DNA of 64,000 bases, taken from a virus. Taxonomy: Duplodnaviria; Caudoviricetes. A model generated the notes under the pieces. It saw only the letters and a program-made list of their open reading frames with translations, made no database searches and was not told where the DNA came from. Location of the stretch: positions 128,001-192,000 of the IMG/VR virus record IMGVR_UViG_3300033273_000282; one strand, 5' to 3'. Both the position numbers and the translations under genes were made by a program. Positions 38,773 through 48,093 of this stretch are shown one piece after another. The first letter of the stretch is position 1. Each line of letters opens with the position of its first letter.

Positions 38773-39427
38773 TTTATTAGGCAAAGATCAAGCGGCTTAC
38801 GTTCCAGATTTTCTCAAGTCTCCTGAGAAGTATTGTTCTTGGGAGACTGTAGAGGATGCCTTACATAGATCCGATATGTATTGGGAACTCATCAATCCCA
38901 ATGGGGGCAAAGATGATGTCGGTGAGTATAAACCAGCATGGGCTAGAACACCAGACCAAGACAAAAGGCACATTCATGATCACATCATGAGTGGTAAAAG
39001 TTTTGTTATCTTGTCTTATAGTAGAGCGAACGCTAGAGTTAGATCTCTATGTGCTGAGATAGAAAGGCACTTCAATGTGAATACTGACATCCATGTATAT
39101 GGAGCGAGAGATTCTGCTAATTCTTTCAAGTGTCATTATGATCACTTTGCCAATTTCATCATCCAATGCGAGGGTGAAACTGATTGGGTAGTCTATAAGA
39201 ACAGGGCTACCTCTCTATGGGAAGCAAAGAATGATAAACCTGTAGATGAATCAAATTATGAAGTTGACTGGAAGGGGGTTCTCAAACCTGGAGATATGCT
39301 GTATATTCCAGATAGGGCGTGGCATAAAGCCACACCAACTTCCAGAAGACTGTCAATGAGCATCCCATGTATGCCCACTGTGATACCCTCTAATTTCTAT
39401 GACCGAACTCATTATAAAATCACATAG
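38744..39427 (+). CDS. JmjC/cupin oxygenase (ribosomal-oxygenase-like)
   Basis: HIY..SFKCHYDH.NFIIQCEG..W.VY, LKPGDMLYIP..WH.AT, RLSMSI. Confidence 0.85.
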   Translation: MWNSFFAASNLLGKDQAAYVPDFLKSPEKYCSWETVEDALHRSDMYWELINPNGGKDDVGEYKPAWARTPDQDKRHIHDHIMSGKSFVILSYSRANARVRSLCAEIERHFNVNTDIHVYGARDSANSFKCHYDHFANFIIQCEGETDWVVYKNRATSLWEAKNDKPVDESNYEVDWKGVLKPGDMLYIPDRAWHKATPTSRRLSMSIPCMPTVIPSNFYDRTHYKIT

Positions 39428-40031
39428 AAAACCATTTGTCAAACTGGTTAGGCAAATGGTATCTCCTAATGTTATTGATCTTCTTGCTACCGAGTTTAGG
39501 CTTATGCGAGATGCTCTAAAAGCAATGGGAAACAATGAGGGTTACAATGACCCTACTGTCCCAAACACATTTTCTTGGTACTCTCCCCTTTGTTTCGAGT
39601 CTCTAAGTTTGGTTCTCCAACCAAAAGTCGAGAGGATCTTAGAAGAGAAATTGTATCCGACCTATTCTTATGGTCGCATATATACTGAAGGTAGCGAGCT
39701 TGTTCGGCACGTTGACCGAAGAAGTTCTGAAGTAGCAGTAAACGTCAACATCGCAAGGGATGAGGAGCACCTATCGTTCCTCTACTTTGAATGGGAAGGC
39801 AATCTAAGAAAGGTTGACCTTGAGCCAGGAGATGTGGTAATATATTCAGGATCACTCATTCCCCACTGGCGTGAGAAGTATACTGGTCGAGAGCAAATGA
39901 ATGCTTTCATGCAGTATGTCTTTGCTAATGGTCACTACAGTGATCTAAAGTATGATACCCGTCCCTATCTTGCTACTCCATATGAGCTGACAGAAGGACA
40001 CATTAAAGATGAAGTGAAAAACTATGTCTGA
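39399..40031 (+). CDS. Fe(II)/2-oxoglutarate oxygenase
   Basis: LYPTYSYGRIY..GSEL.RHVDR, PGDVVIYSG...PHWRE, FMQYV. Confidence 0.85.
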   Translation: MTELIIKSHRKPFVKLVRQMVSPNVIDLLATEFRLMRDALKAMGNNEGYNDPTVPNTFSWYSPLCFESLSLVLQPKVERILEEKLYPTYSYGRIYTEGSELVRHVDRRSSEVAVNVNIARDEEHLSFLYFEWEGNLRKVDLEPGDVVIYSGSLIPHWREKYTGREQMNAFMQYVFANGHYSDLKYDTRPYLATPYELTEGHIKDEVKNYV

Positions 40032-40293
40032 AGAAACAACAACCGAAGGTCTCTTGGATTTTACGGAGGTGTGGGATGACTTTGTTGAGCAGCTTCTCGC
40101 TTGCCGTAAAGAGGTTAAAGAGCGTGAAGATGAACTCGAAAAAAATTCTGCTCTTCTAACTCGTGTAGACCTCAGCGAACTCAATGAAGTTCGTAACAAG
40201 TGCCTTAAGCTTGAAGGTGCTTGTGAAGCCCTTGACCTTGTACGCACCAGAGTTATGGGTGAAGAATCCAAAATCCAAAGGAGTGAAGCATGA
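40024..40293 (+). CDS. Small coiled-coil hypothetical protein
   Basis: Heptad pattern with LKLEGACEAL; similar to the downstream ORF. Confidence 0.6.
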   Translation: MSEETTTEGLLDFTEVWDDFVEQLLACRKEVKEREDELEKNSALLTRVDLSELNEVRNKCLKLEGACEALDLVRTRVMGEESKIQRSEA

Positions 40294-40493
40294 CTATTGA
40301 AGAAATGATTAAAGATTTTGAAGAGCAGCGCGGTAAAATCCGTGGTGAAATCTCTGAGATCGAAGACGCACTGAAAGCCAGACAAGAACAACTCTTGCGT
40401 CTTGGTGGCGCAATCGAAGGTCTCCGTCTGGCTGAAAAGAATCTAGACGCCGCACCCGTTGCTACGGGTAACGTAGAGGTTGCCGCTGACTAA
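40290..40493 (+). CDS. Small coiled-coil hypothetical protein
   Basis: EQLLRLGGAIEGL motif seen in many cyanophage small ORFs; ATGA overlap with the upstream gene. Confidence 0.65.
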   Translation: MTIEEMIKDFEEQRGKIRGEISEIEDALKARQEQLLRLGGAIEGLRLAEKNLDAAPVATGNVEVAAD

Positions 40494-40765
40494 AGCAGTG
40501 CCTTGCTGCTGAGCATATCATGCTTCTCATCGAATTCAAATCTTTGAGGAGCATGAGTCCTATCACCAGCAACGATTAGGTAATATCTTTTACCGTAAAT
40601 ATTTTTGGTAATACCGATGGATCTGATTTCTCTTCCATCATATTTACCACCAACTTCGTAGGGGACAGTCTCTGGAGTACCGTCAAACTGTGGTTTGATA
40701 CGGGACCAAAGATGTTCCCTTTCTCTGTATTCGCCAGTAATTGGCTTTCTATCTCTTAACGACAT
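40490..40765 (-). CDS. Hypothetical protein (about 91 aa); the only credible minus-strand gene
   Basis: Fills an otherwise empty 320-nt gap. The ATG at 40765 avoids overlap with the next gene, and its stop overlaps the convergent stop at 40491-40493. Confidence 0.6.
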   Translation of the reverse strand: MSLRDRKPITGEYREREHLWSRIKPQFDGTPETVPYEVGGKYDGREIRSIGITKNIYGKRYYLIVAGDRTHAPQRFEFDEKHDMLSSKALL

Positions 40766-40770
40766 TAGGG

Positions 40771-40778
40771 TATAAATA
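40771..40778 (+). promoter_or_regulatory. T4 late promoter TATAAATA
   Basis: Exact consensus 34 nt upstream of the ATG at 40813. Confidence 0.75.
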
Positions 40779-40812
40779 CAAAAGAGGATAACACTGACCT
40801 GGACAGGCGTAC

Positions 40813-43800
40813 ATGGCAACCCTATTAGTTAAGGTCGCAGACTCATTTGACGTTAACGATGTAAAGGATACTCTCCTTAGTCAGCATGATTATTTAGAGT
40901 TTGTAAAGACACTTAGATCATTCCGTACCATCAGATTCAGCGTGGCAGACGAGAATGCTACTGCCGAGAATTTAGAAAGCGTACGTCTAACCGAGGGTCT
41001 CCAAGGAGCCACCTGGGACAGAGAGTTTCGTGTCACCGATTATGATGACGGTGGCGAAGTATTGAATGTAGAGTATGTAGGTGATGAAGTTGAAGAAACT
41101 GATGCTCAACTTCAAGACACCAAGAATACCAGAATTCTTTCTACTGGTTCTGGTGGTACTATCTACGTTCGTGTTCAGAACTTTCCTGCTGGTCCAAGAT
41201 ATACATTCTCAACTATCAGCGGTGGTCCTTTCAGCAGGATCAGTACCTTTACTGGCTTCCTCCAAGGCGGTACATATACTTTTGACCAGTCAGACTCCTC
41301 AAACGCAGGTCATCCTCTTAGACTCTCTATTACTCCAGACGGCACTTGGACTGCTGGTGGCGTTATTTACTCTACGGGTGTAACTGCTGCTGGTACTCCT
41401 GGACAGTCTGGTGCGTACACTAGAATTGTAATTAGTTCTAGTACACCTTCTGTTCTCTATTGGTATAACACCAACTCTTCCAACTACGGCAACTATAACG
41501 ATAGTCCTGCTCGTTTTGGTAAGTTATGTGTTCATGACTTTTGGCATCTTGACAGAATTACAAAACAGAATCGTTCTTACATGAACGGTGTCTACAATAG
41601 CCCAGAGGAAGGCGACGGATGCGACCTCTACGTTATTGATACTGGTGTTCGTGGTTCTTCTAGACCCACTGGTAACAACGCTGCGCTCCACCCAGAACTG
41701 TATGATCCCGACAACATCACCGACCTGAACGGTACTTCGGAGCAACAGTCTTATCGTGTATATGAAGTAACTGGATTCCAATCTGGTTATACCGTTGGTG
41801 GTAGTGCTAACTCTAACGAAGATGACCAGGGTCATGGTACCAACTGTGCTATCTGTGCCGCTGGTATTAAAGCAGGTGTGGCTCGAAAGACAAAGATCTA
41901 TGCCCTGAAGGCTTTCAACAGCGGTGGTAGTGGATCTCTTTCCGACATCATTGATGCTTATCAGGCAGTCCTTGATCACAACGATTCAGGTCACCCCAAC
42001 TACAAGGGCAACACAAGACCTGCTGTCATCAACGCTTCCTTTGGTCCCACAACTCCAAGCGGCGCTTTCCCTTACGTTGAGATTAACGAGAGCGGACAAG
42101 ATGCTGGCTTCGATCTGGAACTCTATGACGAAGTTGAAAAAATAATCGTTGATAATAACATTATCCTTGTCAGATCTGCTGGTAATGGATTTATCGACGC
42201 CTCTTCTAACTTCGCTGGTCCTCTCCAGACAAGATATGTTGCTGGCGCTAGATCCTCTGGTTTCTCTGACAATGATGTAAACTATCAGGACGTTAATATC
42301 AAGAGCATCGCGGTTGGTGCTTCTGATTACAACGACCGTTGGGCAGACTTCTCCAACTATGGTTCTGGTACAACCACAGTTGCTCCTGGTGCTCACCTAA
42401 CAATCCCAAGATACGACTGGACCGCTAACACTCCATACACCAGCACTGGTAACTATGGAAATATCAGTGGTACTTCGTTCTCTAGTCCCATCGTTGCTGG
42501 CATCATGTGTCAGTGGGTAACCTCTAATAACTATACTCTGGGAACTAGTGATGTACCTGGACTGGCTAAAACGTTCATCCGTACATCAGGTCCTGTTAGT
42601 GACATTTCCGCCGTTAGCAGTTCGGCATATCCAATCAACACTGCTACTGAATACAAACTACCATCTGATCCATTTGCTACAACGGCATCTAGCACTGCGC
42701 TGAAGATTTCTTTCCCACCAGCACAGTCTTCGGTATTCCTCAACAACATTAACAAGTATATCCAGTTCAGAGTTGGCGCTTCTTCTCTGACTGTTGGTGG
42801 TGTTAATATCAAGGATGAATCCTATCAGTGGCACCAGATTACAGCACAGGATCCTGTAAACAATACGATCACCATCACCCTTCAGAACGCTGCTACTGGC
42901 ACAGCGTCTGGTGGTGGATCAAATAATTTCATGTGTATCATTTCGGATACCCATGAATTTACCGATGGACCTGAGTTCAGCAATGTTACTCTCTATGCTG
43001 AACTTGATTCCGAGGAGGCTACTCATAGTGGTAGAGCCATCAACAACATCCCCGTACACACAGGGGTTGACTTTGATGCGTCTAGCACTAATGACGTGAT
43101 CTCCAAAGTAATGGGTATGTTCAACCCATTCATTCCTAAAACAATCTCTTGGTATACTAGCGCGGGAGATCTTACTAGCGGTCAAGGATATGACAACGGA
43201 GATTCCGTCAACGTACAACTTGGCATCCAAACTATTGTTTCATATGCTAGTGAGCCATTTACTGCTAGAGAATATAGTCTGACTGGTGATGACATCAGCA
43301 GCACTGGATTGACATTCAGCACTAGCTCTGGTGTTCTCTCTGGTACAGTAACTTCTAGTTATCAGGATCTCACATTCAATATCACAGTCACCGAAGTAAA
43401 GAGCGGTGAGTCTCGTAGTTATTCCTTCCAGACAAACGGAACGGGTGTTCTTGTATTCGTTACATCTCAGCCCGTTGACCAAGTTATAGAAGCTGGTGCT
43501 GGGACTAACGCTACGTTCGGTCCCCTTGGAGGATACTCTTCTGATGGTTCTACTGTTACTTATCAGTGGCAGATTTCCACAGACAATGGAAGCAACTGGT
43601 CCAACATCAGTGCGTTGGCTGGACACTCTGGAGAAACTACCGAAACTCTGACTGTTGATGATGATTTCGCATTCAACGGTTATCAATATCGTTGTATTCT
43701 AGACTCCAACACTGCGGTACAGACAACAACAACTAATGTTGCTAACCTAAGTCTGTACAGAGTTATCACAGTATCGACAGACCCACAACCACAAAGCGTT

Positions 43801-45954
43801 GTGGCTCCTGCTGCTGCTACCTTTACTATCGTGGCAGCGACTGCTGATAACGCAACTCTCGCTTATCAGTGGAAAAGATCTACCTCTCTGAACGGTACTT
43901 ACTCCGACATCGGTGGTGCTACTGCTCCCGCATATACAACACCAGCAACTACATACGCTAACGATAACAGTACATTCTTCAAGTGTAATATCACCGTTGA
44001 TGGTTCATCTTCTGTTCTATCTACAGCAGCAGAACTGACAGTCACTAGAACTATCGTTATCATCACTCAACCTGCTAACGATACTGGTTCTGTTGGTGGT
44101 ACTAGAACATTTAGCGTTGTTGCTAATACATCTGATAATGTTCCTGGTGATCTTACTTATCAATGGCAGTTGTCCATTGATGATGGATCTAACTGGTCTA
44201 ACATTACTGGTGCTACATCTGACAGTTATACAACTGGAACACTCACGGCTTCCGATGATGACTATCGTTTCAGAGTTCTGATTGCTGCTGCTGGTGCCCC
44301 AACAGTAACTTCCGATGCTGCGATCCTTCAGGTTGAAACTGTATCGATTGCGATCACACTCAACCCAACCCCACAAACAGTTAACGAGGGGCAGACTGCT
44401 ACGTTCACCGCTGATGGTAACGCAGTCAACAATAGCATCAATGCTCTGGTAAGTTCTTCGTTTGGTATTAGTCAATGGGATTCTCCTGCTGGCGGTGGTA
44501 ACCAATTTGAAGATCCAGAACAGCAGTTGCTCTGGGATAAGACCTGGGCTAAGATTGCTTCCGATCATACTCCATCTGTTACTTTCCAATGGCAAAGAAC
44601 TGACGATCAAGGAGTCAACTGGAGTGACATCAATGGAGCAACATCAAATAGTTACACTACACCTAATCTGACATACGCTGATGATCATGATGATCGTTAT
44701 CGTTGTAAGATTGATGCCGTAGGCGCAGAAGCTCCTGCCTTTACAAGTGCTGCTCTGCTGACTGTCTTCAGAACACACTCTGTACAAACTGAGCCATCCA
44801 ACCAGACTGGCAATGAAGGAGGCACGGCAACCTTTACCGTTGTCGGACAAACATCCAGTGGAACACAGACTTTCCAATGGCAGAGATCTGATGACACAGT
44901 TAACTATAGTGACATCCCAGGTGCTACAAGTTCGTCCTACACCACGCCAAATCTGGTGTTCGCTAATGACAACGAATCTAGATATCGTTGCGTACTTTCT
45001 CTGGTCGGTTCTCAAGCGCCAGTAACTTCTACCTATGCTGTACTGACTGTTAACAGGGTCATCACAATTGATACCCAACCAACAGGTCAGGCAGTCATTG
45101 AAGGCAACAGAGCCACATTTACTATTGCTGCTTCTATCACATCTGGTACGGTTAACTACCAGTGGCAGATTTCCACAGACAATGGTTCTAACTGGAATAA
45201 TATTTCTGGTGCTAATAGCACAAGTTATGAGACAGAGGTTCTTCCATTCCCAACTCTGAACAGAAAGTATCGTTGTGTACTTAGTAATAGTAATGCTATT
45301 ACAGTCACATCTGATGCTGCTGCTCTGACTGTTAATGAAGCGGAGTTTGTTGATCCTCCAACTAGCGTCAATGTCAATGTTGATGCTGATACTGGTTTGA
45401 CATTCAACAGACAACCAACGTTTAATGCTTCGGCTTTCAACTCACAGTATGCTGGATCTACTCATGCTGCTAGCTTCTGGCAGATCAAGAGAGTTGCTGA
45501 CAACGTTATCATCTATGATACTTCATCAGTTACTGTTCCTGATCTTTCCCAGGGTGATCCTGTCAACCTGACATCCTTTACAGTACCAGTCGCAGTTCTG
45601 GACTTTGATACTTTGTATCAAGTTGCTGTTAAATATAAGGATAACGCAGGACTGACTTCTCCTTACTCTATCCCAATTCAGTTCCAAACTCCTAAGGTAG
45701 ATCAACCAGAGATTCAAACTATTACTCCAGCGTTCAACCCAACTATCAACGTTATTACTCCTGCGATTAAAACTGGGTATCAGCATGTAACTTCTGATTG
45801 GCAGTTCTCTCAGTCCGATCAGTTCATTGACATTATTCACCAGTCTCTCGGTAACTCTACTAACCTTCTGTCTTATACTCTGCCAGGAGACGTAGTTGTA
45901 CTGCCACTGACAACATATTATGTTCGTGTTCGCTTCAATGTAGATGTAGTGTAA
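40813..45954 (+). CDS. Subtilisin-like S8 protease fused to six Ig-like repeats and FN3-like C-terminal domains (1713 aa)
   Basis: Triad Asp276 (YVIDTG), His341 (QGHGT), Ser555 (SGTSFSSP) and oxyanion Asn458 (SAGN). Repeats QP...ATF..YQWQ.S.D.G.W..I.GAT...Y..YRC. Confidence 0.88.
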   Translation: MATLLVKVADSFDVNDVKDTLLSQHDYLEFVKTLRSFRTIRFSVADENATAENLESVRLTEGLQGATWDREFRVTDYDDGGEVLNVEYVGDEVEETDAQLQDTKNTRILSTGSGGTIYVRVQNFPAGPRYTFSTISGGPFSRISTFTGFLQGGTYTFDQSDSSNAGHPLRLSITPDGTWTAGGVIYSTGVTAAGTPGQSGAYTRIVISSSTPSVLYWYNTNSSNYGNYNDSPARFGKLCVHDFWHLDRITKQNRSYMNGVYNSPEEGDGCDLYVIDTGVRGSSRPTGNNAALHPELYDPDNITDLNGTSEQQSYRVYEVTGFQSGYTVGGSANSNEDDQGHGTNCAICAAGIKAGVARKTKIYALKAFNSGGSGSLSDIIDAYQAVLDHNDSGHPNYKGNTRPAVINASFGPTTPSGAFPYVEINESGQDAGFDLELYDEVEKIIVDNNIILVRSAGNGFIDASSNFAGPLQTRYVAGARSSGFSDNDVNYQDVNIKSIAVGASDYNDRWADFSNYGSGTTTVAPGAHLTIPRYDWTANTPYTSTGNYGNISGTSFSSPIVAGIMCQWVTSNNYTLGTSDVPGLAKTFIRTSGPVSDISAVSSSAYPINTATEYKLPSDPFATTASSTALKISFPPAQSSVFLNNINKYIQFRVGASSLTVGGVNIKDESYQWHQITAQDPVNNTITITLQNAATGTASGGGSNNFMCIISDTHEFTDGPEFSNVTLYAELDSEEATHSGRAINNIPVHTGVDFDASSTNDVISKVMGMFNPFIPKTISWYTSAGDLTSGQGYDNGDSVNVQLGIQTIVSYASEPFTAREYSLTGDDISSTGLTFSTSSGVLSGTVTSSYQDLTFNITVTEVKSGESRSYSFQTNGTGVLVFVTSQPVDQVIEAGAGTNATFGPLGGYSSDGSTVTYQWQISTDNGSNWSNISALAGHSGETTETLTVDDDFAFNGYQYRCILDSNTAVQTTTTNVANLSLYRVITVSTDPQPQSVVAPAAATFTIVAATADNATLAYQWKRSTSLNGTYSDIGGATAPAYTTPATTYANDNSTFFKCNITVDGSSSVLSTAAELTVTRTIVIITQPANDTGSVGGTRTFSVVANTSDNVPGDLTYQWQLSIDDGSNWSNITGATSDSYTTGTLTASDDDYRFRVLIAAAGAPTVTSDAAILQVETVSIAITLNPTPQTVNEGQTATFTADGNAVNNSINALVSSSFGISQWDSPAGGGNQFEDPEQQLLWDKTWAKIASDHTPSVTFQWQRTDDQGVNWSDINGATSNSYTTPNLTYADDHDDRYRCKIDAVGAEAPAFTSAALLTVFRTHSVQTEPSNQTGNEGGTATFTVVGQTSSGTQTFQWQRSDDTVNYSDIPGATSSSYTTPNLVFANDNESRYRCVLSLVGSQAPVTSTYAVLTVNRVITIDTQPTGQAVIEGNRATFTIAASITSGTVNYQWQISTDNGSNWNNISGANSTSYETEVLPFPTLNRKYRCVLSNSNAITVTSDAAALTVNEAEFVDPPTSVNVNVDADTGLTFNRQPTFNASAFNSQYAGSTHAASFWQIKRVADNVIIYDTSSVTVPDLSQGDPVNLTSFTVPVAVLDFDTLYQVAVKYKDNAGLTSPYSIPIQFQTPKVDQPEIQTITPAFNPTINVITPAIKTGYQHVTSDWQFSQSDQFIDIIHQSLGNSTNLLSYTLPGDVVVLPLTTYYVRVRFNVDVV
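43564..43589 (+). repeat. 26-nt exact direct repeat, copy 1 (copy 2 at 45160-45185)
   Basis: cagtggcagatttccacagacaatgg encodes QWQISTDNG in Ig repeats 1 and 6. Confidence 0.85.
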
Positions 45955-46764
45955 ATGGCTAAACCAGGAACCAGACAACAACTTATCGATTATGCTCTGA
46001 GAAAACTGGGTGCCCCAGTTCTGGAGATTAACGTCGATGACGATCAGATCGATGATCTGGTGGATGATGCTATCCAGATGTACAACGAAAGAATGTACGA
46101 TGGATATATCAAAACCTATCTGAAGTATCAATTCGATCAGGCAACTATTGATGCCATGAAAACCAACAGCACCACAACGGTGACTCAAGTTGGTGGTAAG
46201 GCAACTGACTTCTTAGAAGCCAATAACTATATTACAGTTCCCGATTACGTTACCAGCGTCATCAAAATCTTTGACTTTACGTCGAAGAATACTACAAACC
46301 TTTTTGATGTCCGCTATCAGTGGAGACTCAATGATCTGTGGGATCTTACACAGACTGAGATCTTGACCTATGAGATGGTCAACCGTAGATTGGAAGATAT
46401 CTACTTCCTGCTGGAAGGGCAAAAACAAGTTAGATTTGACATGAGAGGTCAACGTCTATTCATGGATATTGACTTCCAAGAGGATGTGGCAGCAGGAGAT
46501 CACTTGGTCTTTGAATGCTACAGAGCTCTGGACCCAGCAGATCATGCTGGTATCTTTAACGATCTCTGGCTCAAGAGATATGTCACTGCTCTGATTAAGA
46601 GGCAGTGGGGTCAGAACCTGATCAAGTTCCAAGGTGCTCAACTCCCTGGTGGTATCACTCTGAATGGGAGAGAATTGTTTGATGATGGGAACAATGAGGT
46701 GAACAAACTAGAAGATGAAATGCTCAGTCGTTATGAAATGCCACCCCTGGATATGATCGGATGA
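45955..46764 (+). CDS. gp13: Neck protein gp13
   Basis: LIDYALRKLGAPVLEINVDDDQIDD; WLKRYVTALIKRQWGQNLIKFQGAQLPGGITLNG. Confidence 0.95.
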   Translation: MAKPGTRQQLIDYALRKLGAPVLEINVDDDQIDDLVDDAIQMYNERMYDGYIKTYLKYQFDQATIDAMKTNSTTTVTQVGGKATDFLEANNYITVPDYVTSVIKIFDFTSKNTTNLFDVRYQWRLNDLWDLTQTEILTYEMVNRRLEDIYFLLEGQKQVRFDMRGQRLFMDIDFQEDVAAGDHLVFECYRALDPADHAGIFNDLWLKRYVTALIKRQWGQNLIKFQGAQLPGGITLNGRELFDDGNNEVNKLEDEMLSRYEMPPLDMIG

Positions 46765-48092
46765 GAAACGTTTTCTTCACTCACGGAACTCGTAACGAAC
46801 AGTTTCTCCAACAAGGACTGGTCGAAGAGTACATCAAAATGTTTGGGATGGATATACTTTACATCCCAAGACAACTTACTCAAAAAGATGGCGTCTTTAA
46901 TGAAGAGGTGTCATCTGAGTTTGATGACTCGTATCTTATCGAGGCTTACTTGGAGAACGCCGAAGGCTTCCAAGGTGGTGGAGATCTGTTGACTAAATTT
47001 GGGATCAGGCAGAACGATGAGATAACAATGGTTATTTCTCAGCAAAGATTCTCTGATCTTATCTCTCAGTTCCTTCTTCTGGATACTGATGTAGAACTTG
47101 GGGAGAGACCACAGGAAGGAGATCTTATTTACTTCCCACTGGCAGGCAACTATTTTGAGATCAAGTTTGTAGAACACGAAGAGCCATTCTACCAACTTGG
47201 CAAGAACTATACTTACAAACTTAAGTGCGAACTGTTCGAGTACAGCGACGAGCAGGGAGACATCTTCATTGGAGACGAAGATCTCGTCGATACTGGATAC
47301 ACTATCAAATACTACTACCTTACTTCTCAAGGTGTCAGTGCTATTGGTGTACCAACACTTCTTAATGGAGGAATCTCTTCGCCAGTTCTCACTGAAGAAG
47401 GTAAGAACTATAACTACACTCCAACTGTCACAGTGAATGGTGATGGCACTGGAGCCACAGTTCGTGCTGATATGATTACAGTTTCCGTTCAGGGTTCCAC
47501 ACCACTGAAGGATGCTGTACTGAAACCAACTGTGGTACAAGGTAAACTTACCAAGTTGGAAATTGTAGATGGTGGCGAAGGATATGATGCTGCTAGATCT
47601 AGTATCGCATTCTCAACCCCACCTTTCGGTGGACTTACACCCGTCGCCAAACCAACGTTTGATACCAATGGTAAACTGGTCAATGTTGAAATTACAAACC
47701 AAGGTAAGGGTTATACTTCTGTATCCAAACTGGTAGTAGAGAATCCTGGCACTGGATACACCACAGCATCACTCGCTATCCAACCAGTATCTCCTGGACT
47801 TACTGGTCAATTCAAGATTGGTGAAAGTGTCACTGGTGGTAGCACTGGCAACCAAGCAGTTCTCGCAGATTGGGATTCTAAGGAAGGTTGGCTTAAACTC
47901 AAAGCACCTACTGGAGACTTTAGAATCGATGAAACACTCATGGGTTCTACCTCTGGTGCTCAGATTGTAATCAACTCCTTTGATCCAATCGATTCTACAG
48001 ATGATAAATATTATGATAATGTTGAGTTTGAACTTGAAGCAGACGACATTTTAGACTTTACTGAGTCTAACCCATTCGGCATAGCAACATAA
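46761..48092 (+). CDS. gp14: Neck protein gp14 with internal insertion
   Basis: EQ.L..LVEEYIKMFG, PQEGDLIYFP, FEIKFVEHEEPFYQLGK, ILDFTESNPFG. Confidence 0.93.
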   Translation: MRNVFFTHGTRNEQFLQQGLVEEYIKMFGMDILYIPRQLTQKDGVFNEEVSSEFDDSYLIEAYLENAEGFQGGGDLLTKFGIRQNDEITMVISQQRFSDLISQFLLLDTDVELGERPQEGDLIYFPLAGNYFEIKFVEHEEPFYQLGKNYTYKLKCELFEYSDEQGDIFIGDEDLVDTGYTIKYYYLTSQGVSAIGVPTLLNGGISSPVLTEEGKNYNYTPTVTVNGDGTGATVRADMITVSVQGSTPLKDAVLKPTVVQGKLTKLEIVDGGEGYDAARSSIAFSTPPFGGLTPVAKPTFDTNGKLVNVEITNQGKGYTSVSKLVVENPGTGYTTASLAIQPVSPGLTGQFKIGESVTGGSTGNQAVLADWDSKEGWLKLKAPTGDFRIDETLMGSTSGAQIVINSFDPIDSTDDKYYDNVEFELEADDILDFTESNPFGIAT

Positions 48093-48093
48093 G

